From Armatimonadota bacterium (GTDB lineage: Bacteria; Armatimonadota; Zipacnadia; Zipacnadales; FEN-943): a stretch of 39,651 nucleotides of DNA. The notes under the pieces were generated by a model. It made no database searches. It was not told where the DNA came from and saw nothing but the letters and a program-made list of their open reading frames with translations. Shown piece after piece: positions 9,432-17,792 of the stretch (the stretch's first letter is position 1; each line of letters begins with the position of its first letter). A program made the position numbers and the translations under genes. The stretch is taken from NCBI GenBank assembly GCA_026419655.1, contig JANZZA010000549.1, positions 1 through 39,651 of the forward strand. Direction: 5' to 3'.

Positions 9432-10548
9432 CCGCTGGGGCCTCCTCGATGCCTACGCGCTGCCGCAGGTAGGTATAAAAGACACGGAGCACGGCGGCCA
9501 CGGGCACTGCGATAAATACCCCGATGACGCCCAGGAATTCCGCCCCCACCAGCAGTGCCACGATAACGGTCACGGGATGAAGACGTACACTGCCGCCCAG
9601 CACCTTAGGGCGAAGAATCTTGTTCTCGAGCGCGTTCAAGCCCGCATATATCAGCAACACGACGAGAGTCGTGCGCCAGCCGACTTGGGCCAGAGTGATT
9701 ATCCCGATTGGCACGGCGGCAACTATTGGCCCGATAATCGGCACCCCAAAGCCCAGTCCCGCAAGGAAGCCGAGAGTGATGTACAGTCGCACTCCGGCCA
9801 GGTAAAGGGTCAAGCCCGTCGCGAAGCCCATCAGGATACACAAAATGACTGCCGCCCGGACGTAACCGTGCATGAGAGCGTTCATTTCTTCACCCATGGC
9901 CCGCGCCCTGGCTCGCCGCGGCGCAGGCAGACTCGCCAGGAACCCCTCGGCCAGCAACGCCGCGTCGCTCACAAAATAGAAGGCCAGTACGGGCACAATA
10001 AGCCCCTCGACAATGAGCCAGCCTCGCAGCAGCAAGCCCTTTACCAGAGCTGCCTGGAATGCCACTATTTCCCCGGCAAGCTGGAAAGCCTTTTCTCGCA
10101 GCGCGGCAATGCTCTCGTCCGGAATCAAGTACCCGTATTTTTCGCTCAGGGCCTCGATTTCTTGCGGCAAGGCTGCGGCCCATTCCTGGGCCAGGTCGGC
10201 GAGACGCTTCGACTCATTCAGCAAGGGCGTGGCAGTGAGCACGACCAGCAACACCACGCCACCAACGAAGCCCAGAACCACCATCAGAGCACTTGCGGCC
10301 CTTCTCGTGCGTCGCGGAAGAAAAGCTAACGGCTGCTCAAATAGGACGACCGCTGGCCAAACTATGTAGGCTACGGCTATGGCTACGACTAGCGTGCCAA
10401 AGACGTCCGCCAGGCGGCCGAGTATGTAGGCTGCCACTGACGAGCCACGGAACACCAGCCACGTCACGCCGGCCACAATGGCGGTGGCCACGGCTATCTG
10501 GCGAGGCGTCCAGTGGCTCTCGGTTTCACCGCCCCTGTCTTGATTCAT
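9418..10548 (-). CDS. AI-2E (PerM/YhhT, UPF0118) family transporter
   Basis: Polytopic membrane protein with family-like C-terminal strings GLGFGVPIIGPIVAAVP and VHPVTVIVALLVGAEFLGVIGVFIAVP. I prefer ATG 10548 (GGAGGG 7 nt upstream) over the track TTG at 10599. It overlaps uppP by 14 nt and wecB by 23 nt. Confidence 0.8.
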   Translation of the reverse strand: MNQDRGGETESHWTPRQIAVATAIVAGVTWLVFRGSSVAAYILGRLADVFGTLVVAIAVAYIVWPAVVLFEQPLAFLPRRTRRAASALMVVLGFVGGVVLLVVLTATPLLNESKRLADLAQEWAAALPQEIEALSEKYGYLIPDESIAALREKAFQLAGEIVAFQAALVKGLLLRGWLIVEGLIVPVLAFYFVSDAALLAEGFLASLPAPRRARARAMGEEMNALMHGYVRAAVILCILMGFATGLTLYLAGVRLYITLGFLAGLGFGVPIIGPIVAAVPIGIITLAQVGWRTTLVVLLIYAGLNALENKILRPKVLGGSVRLHPVTVIVALLVGAEFLGVIGVFIAVPVAAVLRVFYTYLRQRVGIEEAPADAPT

Positions 10549-11704
10549 CGGGTTGCCCTCCGGGCACGAACTCCTCCGGCGGCTCGTCTCGGATACCAAA
10601 GTGGAACTCCAGGGCGTCTACCACACGGCGCGCCGCCTGGCCGTCGCCGTAAGGGTTGCGCACGCTAGCCATTGCATGGTAAGCACGCGGGTCAGACAAA
10701 AGTTTTGAGGCCTCTGCCACTATAGTGTCCTCGTCGGTGCCAACAAGCTTAGCTGCTCCTGCCTCGATGCCCTCTGGCCTTTCGGTGGTATTACGGGCGA
10801 CGAGTACAGGCACTCCCAGGGAGGGCGCTTCCTCCTGAATACCACCGCTGTCGGTGAGGATGAGGTCTGCCCTGCGCATAAGGGGGACAAAAACCTCGTA
10901 GTTCGGTGGTTCAATGATGCGCACGCGCTGTGCCTGTGCCAGAACTGTGTTTACCACCTCGCGCACTGCCGGGTTTGGATGCACCGGAAAAACAATGAGC
11001 AAGTCATCAAAGGCATTGTGAAGGCGCCTTAAGGCCTGGCAGATTGATACCATAGGGACGCCCAGATTCTCCCGCCTGTGGGCTGTAACAAGTAGCACTC
11101 GGCCTAGCCACGCATCTATGGGCTCAAGGTCGGTCCCCGCCAGCGATGGACGGTGCTCGAGAATCATGCCAAGTGCATCCGCCACCGTGTTGCCTGTGAC
11201 GAAGATGCGCTCGGGAGGTACTCCCTCTGCCAGCAGGTTCCGCCTGGACAGTTGGGTCGCTGCGAAGTGAAGGTCGGCCATAGCGTCAGTGAGACGACGG
11301 TTAATCTCCTCAGGGAAGGGCTGGAACTTGTCCCGCGTCCGCAGGCCGGCCTCGACGTGGCCTATGGTGATGCGATGATAGAAGGCCGCCAGGGCCGCGC
11401 AAAACACCGTAGTGGTGTCTCCCTGCACCAATACCACGTCTGGTCGGCGTTCCTCGAAAAGCTCGGCCAGACCTACGATCGCTCGCGCCGTGAGGGTGGG
11501 CAGTGACTGCTCGGGCTCCATGAGCGAAAGGTCGGCGTCCGGCTCGATCCCGAAGACGGAAAGCATTTGGGCCGTTAGTTCGCGGTGCTGGCCGCTGGAT
11601 AGAGCTTCTACTACAAAGTGTTCCCGGCGGCGCAATTCGGTGTAGACGGGCGCCAGCTTAATGACCTCAGGGCGCGTGCCGAAAACTAACGCGACCTTGA
11701 TCAC
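10526..11704 (-). CDS. wecB: UDP-N-acetylglucosamine 2-epimerase (non-hydrolysing)
   Basis: Family strings are IKVALVFGTRPEVIKLAP, GHVEAGLRT and DSGGIQEEAPSLGVPVLV. The start is moved to GTG 11704, which has GGAGG 8 nt upstream and lies 2 nt after the upstream stop. Confidence 0.9.
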   Translation of the reverse strand: MIKVALVFGTRPEVIKLAPVYTELRRREHFVVEALSSGQHRELTAQMLSVFGIEPDADLSLMEPEQSLPTLTARAIVGLAELFEERRPDVVLVQGDTTTVFCAALAAFYHRITIGHVEAGLRTRDKFQPFPEEINRRLTDAMADLHFAATQLSRRNLLAEGVPPERIFVTGNTVADALGMILEHRPSLAGTDLEPIDAWLGRVLLVTAHRRENLGVPMVSICQALRRLHNAFDDLLIVFPVHPNPAVREVVNTVLAQAQRVRIIEPPNYEVFVPLMRRADLILTDSGGIQEEAPSLGVPVLVARNTTERPEGIEAGAAKLVGTDEDTIVAEASKLLSDPRAYHAMASVRNPYGDGQAARRVVDALEFHFGIRDEPPEEFVPGGQPDESRQGR

Positions 11705-11706
11705 GC

Positions 11707-12669
11707 TTACAGCCTCCAGAGTGCGAGCGCGGCCAAGCATAGCGCGGCGGTAGCCAGGTAAAGCAGCAGCACAGTCTGGACCGGCGTATAGCCGCGCTCG
11801 AGGAGCCGGTGGTGGACATGTGTGCGGTCGGGGGTATCGAGGGCCTGACGGCGTCGCCAGCGACCCCAGCTAGTGGAAACCACGTCATAGAGAGGGACCG
11901 CCGCCACCAGCAGAGGCGCTGCGAAAGCCGTCAGGGCTGCGCCTTTGAAGGCACCGGCGGCTGCCACTGAGGCTATAATGAAGCCCAGCGACATCGCGCC
12001 CACGTCACCCATGAAAACGCTAGCGGGGGCAAAGTTATATCGCAGGAAGCCCAACCCTGCCCCGGACACGGCCGCTGCTAGACATGCCACGTCAGACATC
12101 CCTCCGCAAAAGCCCATGAAAGCCAGTGCGGCCGCCGCCAAAGCTGATACTCCGGCTGCAAGCCCGTCAACGCCGTCTATCCAGTTCACGGCGTTTGTCA
12201 GGGCGACAAGCCAGGCAACCGTCACCGGCCACGAGACCCACCCCAGAGCCAGATAGTGGTCTCCAGCCCACGGCGCCAGCAAGTTTGTGACTCCTTCGAT
12301 GCGTACTCCGAATTGCCAGGCCAAGGAAGCAGCCACCACCTGCCCGACGAGCCGGGGCCGCGGCGGCAGGCGGTAAATGTCGTCAAGAAGGCACAACGGC
12401 ACGAGCACGGCCAAGCCGGCCAGGACACCCGTCATTGGCCCGTTAAAGGACGACCCAGCCAGCCAGTAGCCAAAGAGCACGCCCGCGACTATAGCCAGCC
12501 CGCCGCCCCGCGGAGTGGGGCGGTCGTGGCAGTGTCTCCCATGCGGAATATCCACTGCACCAAGCCGGGCCATGAGCCAGCGGGCTGCTGGGGTCAGTAG
12601 AAGAGCTGCGCCCAGTCCGCCGGCGCCCGCTAACCAGGTGCGCAGTCCAATCTGCGCAAGGTCGCTCAT
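11707..12669 (-). CDS. MraY/WecA/TagO-family polyprenyl-phosphate N-acetylhexosamine-1-phosphate transferase (GT4)
   Basis: Polytopic protein with [10 protein letters not shown] and [13 protein letters not shown] motifs. ATG 12669 overlaps the upstream TGA (ATGA) and has GGAGG 6 nt upstream. Confidence 0.85.
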   Translation of the reverse strand: MSDLAQIGLRTWLAGAGGLGAALLLTPAARWLMARLGAVDIPHGRHCHDRPTPRGGGLAIVAGVLFGYWLAGSSFNGPMTGVLAGLAVLVPLCLLDDIYRLPPRPRLVGQVVAASLAWQFGVRIEGVTNLLAPWAGDHYLALGWVSWPVTVAWLVALTNAVNWIDGVDGLAAGVSALAAAALAFMGFCGGMSDVACLAAAVSGAGLGFLRYNFAPASVFMGDVGAMSLGFIIASVAAAGAFKGAALTAFAAPLLVAAVPLYDVVSTSWGRWRRRQALDTPDRTHVHHRLLERGYTPVQTVLLLYLATAALCLAALALWRL

Positions 12670-13163
12670 CCGCCCCCTCCGCCTGCTTCCCACCGCACCA
12701 GTTCTACCCCTGCCTCGCCCAACATTTCCAGCGCAAACTGGTCCGGGTAGTCGCCTGCGTAAACTATCCTACATACGCCCGCATTAAGAAGTATCTTTGC
12801 GCAGGTCACGCAAGGCTGGGTAGTCGAGTAGAGGACAACTTCGCCCGTGATGGCAACGCCGTGAATAGCACACTGTATTACGGCATTCTGCTCGGCATGA
12901 ACGCCGCGGCAGATCTCCTGTCGCTCGCCAGCAGGCACACCCAATAGCTCCCGGTAGCAGCCACCACGTTCCGCACAATGCTGCAGGCCGCGCGGTGCGC
13001 CGTTGTAGCCTGTAGCTAGAATCCGCCGCCCCGAGACGAGCACGGCTCCTACGTGCCGCCGCAGGCACGTGGACCGCTTTGCCACGACGTGAGCAATCTC
13101 CATGAAATAGTCATCCCAGCACGGCCGGGTGTCTCTCCAGGGCGATGTTCCAGGCGAAGACAC
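12666..13163 (-). CDS. dCMP (deoxycytidylate) deaminase, ComEB-like
   Basis: [18 protein letters not shown] is family-typical, and the zinc motifs HAEQNA and PCVTCAK are present. The GTG start lies 3 nt after the rpiB stop. Confidence 0.88.
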   Translation of the reverse strand: MSSPGTSPWRDTRPCWDDYFMEIAHVVAKRSTCLRRHVGAVLVSGRRILATGYNGAPRGLQHCAERGGCYRELLGVPAGERQEICRGVHAEQNAVIQCAIHGVAITGEVVLYSTTQPCVTCAKILLNAGVCRIVYAGDYPDQFALEMLGEAGVELVRWEAGGGGG

Positions 13164-13166
13164 CGT

Positions 13167-13628
13167 TTAGCGTCCCCCTTGAAGGGCGCGGCGCTCCAGG
13201 TCTACAAACTGGCTCCGACGTCGGACATGACGCTCCTCCGAGGACGGCTGGGCCGTCACGAAAGCTTGCACAATTTCCTGGGCTAGGCCCGGGCCCACCA
13301 CTCTGCCCCCCAGGGTGAGTATGTTAGCGGCGTTGTGTTCCCGGGCCATCCGCGCTGTGTAAGGGTCTGATGCATGAGCGGCGTATGCCCCGGGGACCTT
13401 GTTGGCGGCAATGGCCATCCCGACCCCGGTTCCACAAGCCAGGATGCCCAAGTCGGCCTCGCCCTTAGAGACGGCACGTGCCACGGGTTCCGCGAAGGTG
13501 CAATAATCAACGGGCGCCGCGTCGGCCACCCCGAAGTCCAATACTTCGACCGGCAACTCAGCCAGGGCCTCGAATATAGGCCTTCTCAGCACCAAGCCAG
13601 CGTGATCGCACCCAAAAGCCACCTTCAC
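13167..13628 (-). CDS. rpiB: Ribose-5-phosphate isomerase B (RpiB/LacAB family)
   Basis: MKVAFGCDHAG and GILACGTGVGMAIAANK are family strings. GTG 13628 has AGGAGGAG 7 nt upstream. Confidence 0.9.
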   Translation of the reverse strand: MKVAFGCDHAGLVLRRPIFEALAELPVEVLDFGVADAAPVDYCTFAEPVARAVSKGEADLGILACGTGVGMAIAANKVPGAYAAHASDPYTARMAREHNAANILTLGGRVVGPGLAQEIVQAFVTAQPSSEERHVRRRSQFVDLERRALQGGR

Positions 13629-13640
13629 AGTTGCTCCTCC

Positions 13641-13673
13641 TAATACGAAACAGGCCTCCGCGTTCAGGAGGCC
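13641..13673 (-). terminator. Possible terminator or attenuator hairpin between the histidine kinase and rpiB
   Basis: A 7-bp stem pairs GGCCTCC with GGAGGCC (13653-13659 / 13667-13673). On the minus strand TGTTTCGTATT follows; the U-tract is imperfect. Confidence 0.4.
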
Positions 13674-13759
13674 CCTCTGCGCAGTCGCCGCAGCATCATG
13701 AGGCTGCTACTCTGCGACTTGCTCTTTTAAGATTGCTAAGGGAGCAGCTTCTGTGCCCC

Positions 13760-15457
13760 TTACTCGCTGCTGCTCGGTTGACGCTTGGGCAGGCGCACGG
13801 CGAATCTTGAACCTCGTCCCTCCTCCGACCAGTCCAGCCAGACATCCCCGCCATGGGCTCGTGCTAAATGCCGTACGAGGTACAGCCCGATCCCGGTGCC
13901 CTTAATCGCCTTTCGGCTTTCGTCCTCTATCATCTGGAACCGCTCGAAGATTCTCTCACGGTACTCGGGAGCGACGCCTAGCCCCTGGTCGCTTACAGTT
14001 ATGAGCACCGTTTCCCCTTCGTCCTGCGCCGCCACCCGGACTTCACCGCCGTCGGGAGAGTACTTGATGGCGTTGCCCACAAGGTTATCCAGGATTTGTG
14101 TCACCTTGTCTGCGTCGGCCTCAATGACCGGGAAGTCGGGCGGGATGTCATTTATGACCTGGTGGCGGTCAGTGTAGGCCTGCTGGGCCTGGCAAACCGT
14201 CTGGGCTATCTCATACAGATTGACGTCCGTGATGTACATTTCCAGCGCACGGCCCGATTCGATGCGCGACACATTGAGCAAGTCATTGATGAGCCGCGTT
14301 AAGCGGTCGCACTCCTGGTCAATGATTTGATAGAACTCGTGCCGCGTCTCCTCGTCGTACATGCCCTCGGTGTCTTCCAAAAGAGTGGAGATAAAGCCTT
14401 TGATTGATGTTAAGGGCGTGCGGAGCTCGTGGGAAACCGTGGAGACGAAGGCCGTCTTCATGCGCTCCAACTGCCGGATCTCGGTAATGTCGTAAATGAT
14501 CGCAACTATGTTTTGAAGCTGCCCATTCTCCTCAAACATGAGGGATGTCTCAACGCGGTAAATCCGCTTCCCCTCATCCAACGCTACTTCTCTGGTGACC
14601 GGAGACCGCTCACGGAGCGTGTCCTCGAAAACCTGTCTTAGCTCGGTATTCTGGATGACCTTATCGGCCGGAAGCCCGGTAATCGGCTCGCCCTCGGGCA
14701 ATGATAGGATGCGGTAAGCAGCCGGGTTCATTAGCCGGACGGTACGGTCCGCTGAGACAACGACAAGTCCAGCCCGGATGCTCTCGAGAGTCTCCTCGAG
14801 GGCTTCCTTTTCTTCTTGTAGCCGGATGTACAGTTGGGCGTTGGAGATAACGGCCGCGGCCTGGTCGGCAAGGTGCTGAAGTAAACGTACGTCGTCATCG
14901 TTGAACTGCTCGCCGTAGCGCTTGTTGAAGACGTGCATCACGCCAATGATGCGCTCTTCTACTACCTGTTCTTCTTCGTCTCGGCGCTTTATCGTGAGGG
15001 GGACTGCGATCCCATTTGTGACTCTTAGTCGCGCCATGAACTCTGGGTCGCAGCGTGGATCATTGAGGGCGTCGGTGATGACGATCGGTTCGCCGGTGCG
15101 GAATACCAGACCACTGGCCCCCGAATCGGCCTTCACGGCAAGCGAGGTCAGTACTTCCTCGGGAATCCCGAGGGCTGGCGGAAGTGGGGCCAGCTCGTCC
15201 GTGTCAGGCTGGTAGAGGAGCAGCAGTACCCGCTCCGCCCGCACAATCATCGCCACATTATTGACTAACCGCGTGAGTGTGGCTTTGAGCTCTGGCCGCG
15301 TCACTACGACCGCCGGAACCTCAGCCATCGTAACGCGGGTGCGGAGTTCTTCCTCCAGGTCACGGATTTTCCCTTGCAGTTCCGCGACTACGAGGCGGTA
15401 TCTCTCAAGCTCCTTAGTGAGCCGCTCTGAATCCTCTGGCCCATTTGGCAGGGGCAT
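13760..15457 (-). CDS. Soluble sensor histidine kinase (coiled coil, GAF-like, PAS-like, HisKA, HATPase_c)
   Basis: No TM segment. The H-box is SHELRTPLTSIKGF, the N-box LDNLVGNAIKYS, G1 DQGLGV and G2 GTGIGLYLV. Confidence 0.9.
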   Translation of the reverse strand: MPLPNGPEDSERLTKELERYRLVVAELQGKIRDLEEELRTRVTMAEVPAVVVTRPELKATLTRLVNNVAMIVRAERVLLLLYQPDTDELAPLPPALGIPEEVLTSLAVKADSGASGLVFRTGEPIVITDALNDPRCDPEFMARLRVTNGIAVPLTIKRRDEEEQVVEERIIGVMHVFNKRYGEQFNDDDVRLLQHLADQAAAVISNAQLYIRLQEEKEALEETLESIRAGLVVVSADRTVRLMNPAAYRILSLPEGEPITGLPADKVIQNTELRQVFEDTLRERSPVTREVALDEGKRIYRVETSLMFEENGQLQNIVAIIYDITEIRQLERMKTAFVSTVSHELRTPLTSIKGFISTLLEDTEGMYDEETRHEFYQIIDQECDRLTRLINDLLNVSRIESGRALEMYITDVNLYEIAQTVCQAQQAYTDRHQVINDIPPDFPVIEADADKVTQILDNLVGNAIKYSPDGGEVRVAAQDEGETVLITVSDQGLGVAPEYRERIFERFQMIEDESRKAIKGTGIGLYLVRHLARAHGGDVWLDWSEEGRGSRFAVRLPKRQPSSSE

Positions 15458-15523
15458 GCAATAACCTACCTCCGTCCACAGCCCATGGCCTGCTCCCGGC
15501 GTCGCGAGGTTCTGTGCAACCTT

Positions 15524-15907
15524 CTATCGCCGGGAGCGTTTCCGCCCAGACTTTGCCCGATTGAGGTCGCTCTGGCGCTGGTTGCTCGATTTCATGAACT
15601 CGCTTAAGCGTCGCTCGAAGGCTGCACTGGTGGGACGGCGCGGTGGCCGCCGTGGTTGTCGCTCGGCATCGGGATGCTCCGCCTGTTTGATTGACAGGTC
15701 GTAGCGTCCTTCTTCCTTCATGCCGAGAACCTTTACCCGCACCTCGTCGCCTTCGCGCAGATAGTCCTCGACGGCTGCCACAAACTCTGGCGCTATCTCG
15801 GAGATGTGCACCAGCCCCGACTCGCCGTTTGACAGCTGGATTATCGCTCCGAACCGGAGCAGCTTAACTACTTTGCCCTCCACCACTTCTCCTGTTTCTA
15901 ACGGCAC
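15524..15907 (-). CDS. S1 RNA-binding domain protein (YabR/GSP13-like)
   Basis: The S1 fold string is GEVVEGKVVKLLRFGAIIQLSNGESGLVHISEIA, followed by a basic tail. The start is reassigned to GTG 15907 (AGGAGAGAAGG upstream), because a consensus promoter lies inside the track ORF (15524-16009). Confidence 0.85.
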   Translation of the reverse strand: MPLETGEVVEGKVVKLLRFGAIIQLSNGESGLVHISEIAPEFVAAVEDYLREGDEVRVKVLGMKEEGRYDLSIKQAEHPDAERQPRRPPRRPTSAAFERRLSEFMKSSNQRQSDLNRAKSGRKRSRR

Positions 15908-15967
15908 GCGAACCTTCTCTCCTAGATCAAAATGTCCTGCTGCGCCTTTGGCTGCAGCGGCGCCCGC

Positions 15968-15997
15968 ATTATAGAAATGGGCCGCCCAAAGTGTCAA
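15968..15997 (-). promoter_or_regulatory. Consensus sigma70-type promoter for the S1-domain gene
   Basis: The minus strand reads TTGACA (15997-15992), an 18-nt spacer, then TATAAT (15973-15968). Both hexamers match the consensus perfectly. They lie ~60 nt upstream of the GTG at 15907. Confidence 0.65.
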
Positions 15998-16455
15998 GGA
16001 AAGCTGCACGTACGACTTCTGAGGCCCCGGGGGATTTCCTTTTAGCTACTTTCTACAAATCCGCAAGCGCCGCAGTTTGAGACCATCTCTTCAGCAAGCC
16101 ACTGTTTCTCTATTGTGTTCCGGGCGCACGTCCAGGTGCTCTTGTTGACACCTGCCCATCGCCACGCCCGTTGAGCAGGTGTAAATCTCGCCAGCCGAGA
16201 GCGTGGGCGGGCCGGCCGTGCCGCTGGCTGTACAGAATCGAATTGCTCGTCTCGGCAGCCGTGGATGATGGCCGAGGAAAGCCGCGATGAGGACAAGCAC
16301 CGCCCGCTCACGCTGCTTTCGTGAAGAGCAATCGCGTCGTTGAAACTCACACTCGTTGCCGTGGTCCGGGTATGAGCTGACGGCGGAGAAGCCCTTTGTG
16401 CTTGCCATGGCCCAGACTCCAGCGGTCGCGTCATGGCTGCAAAGGGCACGCGAAT

Positions 16456-17562
16456 TCATTCCGCAAGCCCGCAGACCTGGTCTACCAGCTCCGTGATTGC
16501 CTCGACCTTCTCGATTTGCCCTACCTGAGAAATCTCATCAGAGATGCCCAGAATGAGCCGCGGCGCGAACATGTCAATGACGCGCTTGGCGAAGTCGAGA
16601 CATTCCTGCATCGAATAGTGAGGCAGGAAGTGGATGGCAGGCAGGAGGTCGAGGCATACTATTTTGTCGCCAACGGCCGTTTTGATTTCCTCCAGCGTCA
16701 TGTCGCCCATGGGCGCAGGAGGCAAGGCCTCAACGCCGTCCAGGCCCGATTCTTGCAGATATGGCAGCAGCAGGCGCGAGTTACCATCCCAGTGAGTGTG
16801 CACAAATCGGCCGTGAGCGTGTAGTCGCTCGCTGATTCGTTGCCACCGCGGCAGACAGTATTTCTTGAGGATAGGGGGAGGTGTGAACTCGTTGGTCGTG
16901 TGGTCGCCCAGGTTGAAAATGCGGCATGGGAGCTGTAGAGCGGCGTCTATCATTCTATCGTCCCGGCGCGCGCACGCCTCCAGATACTCCTCTACCGCTG
17001 CGCGGTGGTCATGCAGCAGGTAGTGGGCGTCCACCAGGCCGCACCAGTGCTTTATTAGCTCCGTGAAGCCGTCGCTGGAGAGGAAGATCGTTGGCTCAGC
17101 GCGATGGCCCACGCGCTCGGCTGCTTCCTGGAAAGCCTGCAGGTTGGCTCGATACTGCTGGCGCTCCGTTATATCAATGACGACGCGCAGTTGTTCTGGT
17201 GTCTTCACGGGGTACTGGCAGGTGCGTCGGTTTACTATTTCTCCGTTCTCCCAGACCACCTGGTCCACCCTGCGAATGGTGCCGCTCGGCGTCGTAAACG
17301 TCTCGATGTAGTAGTTGCCGTGGAGTTCTTCCGTTTTAACTATATCGGCCGGGTCTTCGTAGACTTCTATTCCCGCCGAGGCGGCGTAACGCACGGAACA
17401 GCGCAGCGCATCGTATATGCCCAAGTAGTCGAGGTCTCGGTAGCGCTCTGGCAGCGTTCCCTTAGCCATATGGTGGAAAATCCAGGTCTCCAGGCGTGGC
17501 TGCCACAAGACTTTGTCAGCGGTGCCTTCAAAGATAGCCAGGTTGAGTTCTTTGCGCGTCAC
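16456..17562 (-). CDS. Uroporphyrinogen-decarboxylase (URO-D/MtaA-like) family protein
   Basis: 368 aa. Overall resemblance to URO-D-fold proteins, with the C-terminal string LILGISDEISQVGQIEKVEAI. The GTG start has GGGAGG 8 nt upstream. The family call is by resemblance only. Confidence 0.55.
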   Translation of the reverse strand: MTRKELNLAIFEGTADKVLWQPRLETWIFHHMAKGTLPERYRDLDYLGIYDALRCSVRYAASAGIEVYEDPADIVKTEELHGNYYIETFTTPSGTIRRVDQVVWENGEIVNRRTCQYPVKTPEQLRVVIDITERQQYRANLQAFQEAAERVGHRAEPTIFLSSDGFTELIKHWCGLVDAHYLLHDHRAAVEEYLEACARRDDRMIDAALQLPCRIFNLGDHTTNEFTPPPILKKYCLPRWQRISERLHAHGRFVHTHWDGNSRLLLPYLQESGLDGVEALPPAPMGDMTLEEIKTAVGDKIVCLDLLPAIHFLPHYSMQECLDFAKRVIDMFAPRLILGISDEISQVGQIEKVEAITELVDQVCGLAE

Positions 17563-17792
17563 AGTAGGTGCCTCCCTGGGGCTATCTGGTGGTCTCTCCG
17601 TTTTTCACTCGCGTCGGCAAGACCGTGCTGCACAGTGGCTGCGATTTCGCTAGAGCCAATGGCATTTCTCCTGGCTCTTCTGCGTCTGCGGCGCCGTGCC
17701 ACTCTGCGCCGCCGCCGCGACTGCCGGCCCGGAGATGCACGCCCGCGACACAGGAGCCTCGGGAGTGCATGTATTCTAGCTCGGCCGCGTGT

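Noticed and set aside
9346-10329. 327-aa plus-strand ORF.
   Set aside because: It is antisense to the AI-2E transporter and the uppP start. It is His/Gln/Arg-rich, has no motif, and there is no room for a second gene.
16042-16449. 135-aa minus-strand ORF in the 16-kb gap.
   Set aside because: It has Ser/Arg/Ala-rich junk-like composition, no SD and no motif, and it overlaps the other candidate frame. It is treated only as part of the possible decayed-gene finding.
17633-17677. Cobalamin-riboswitch-like strings on the minus strand. AGCCAGGAGAAAUGCC matches the B12-box consensus AGYCMGGAGACCKGCC at 14 of 16 positions, and GCCACUG follows.
   Set aside because: The order is wrong, because GCCACUG should precede the B12 box. 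The AGGGAA...GGUG.AA.CC...CCCCGC.ACUGU core is missing. The 16-mer instead forms the loop of a simple hairpin. This needs Infernal to be settled; I do not call it.
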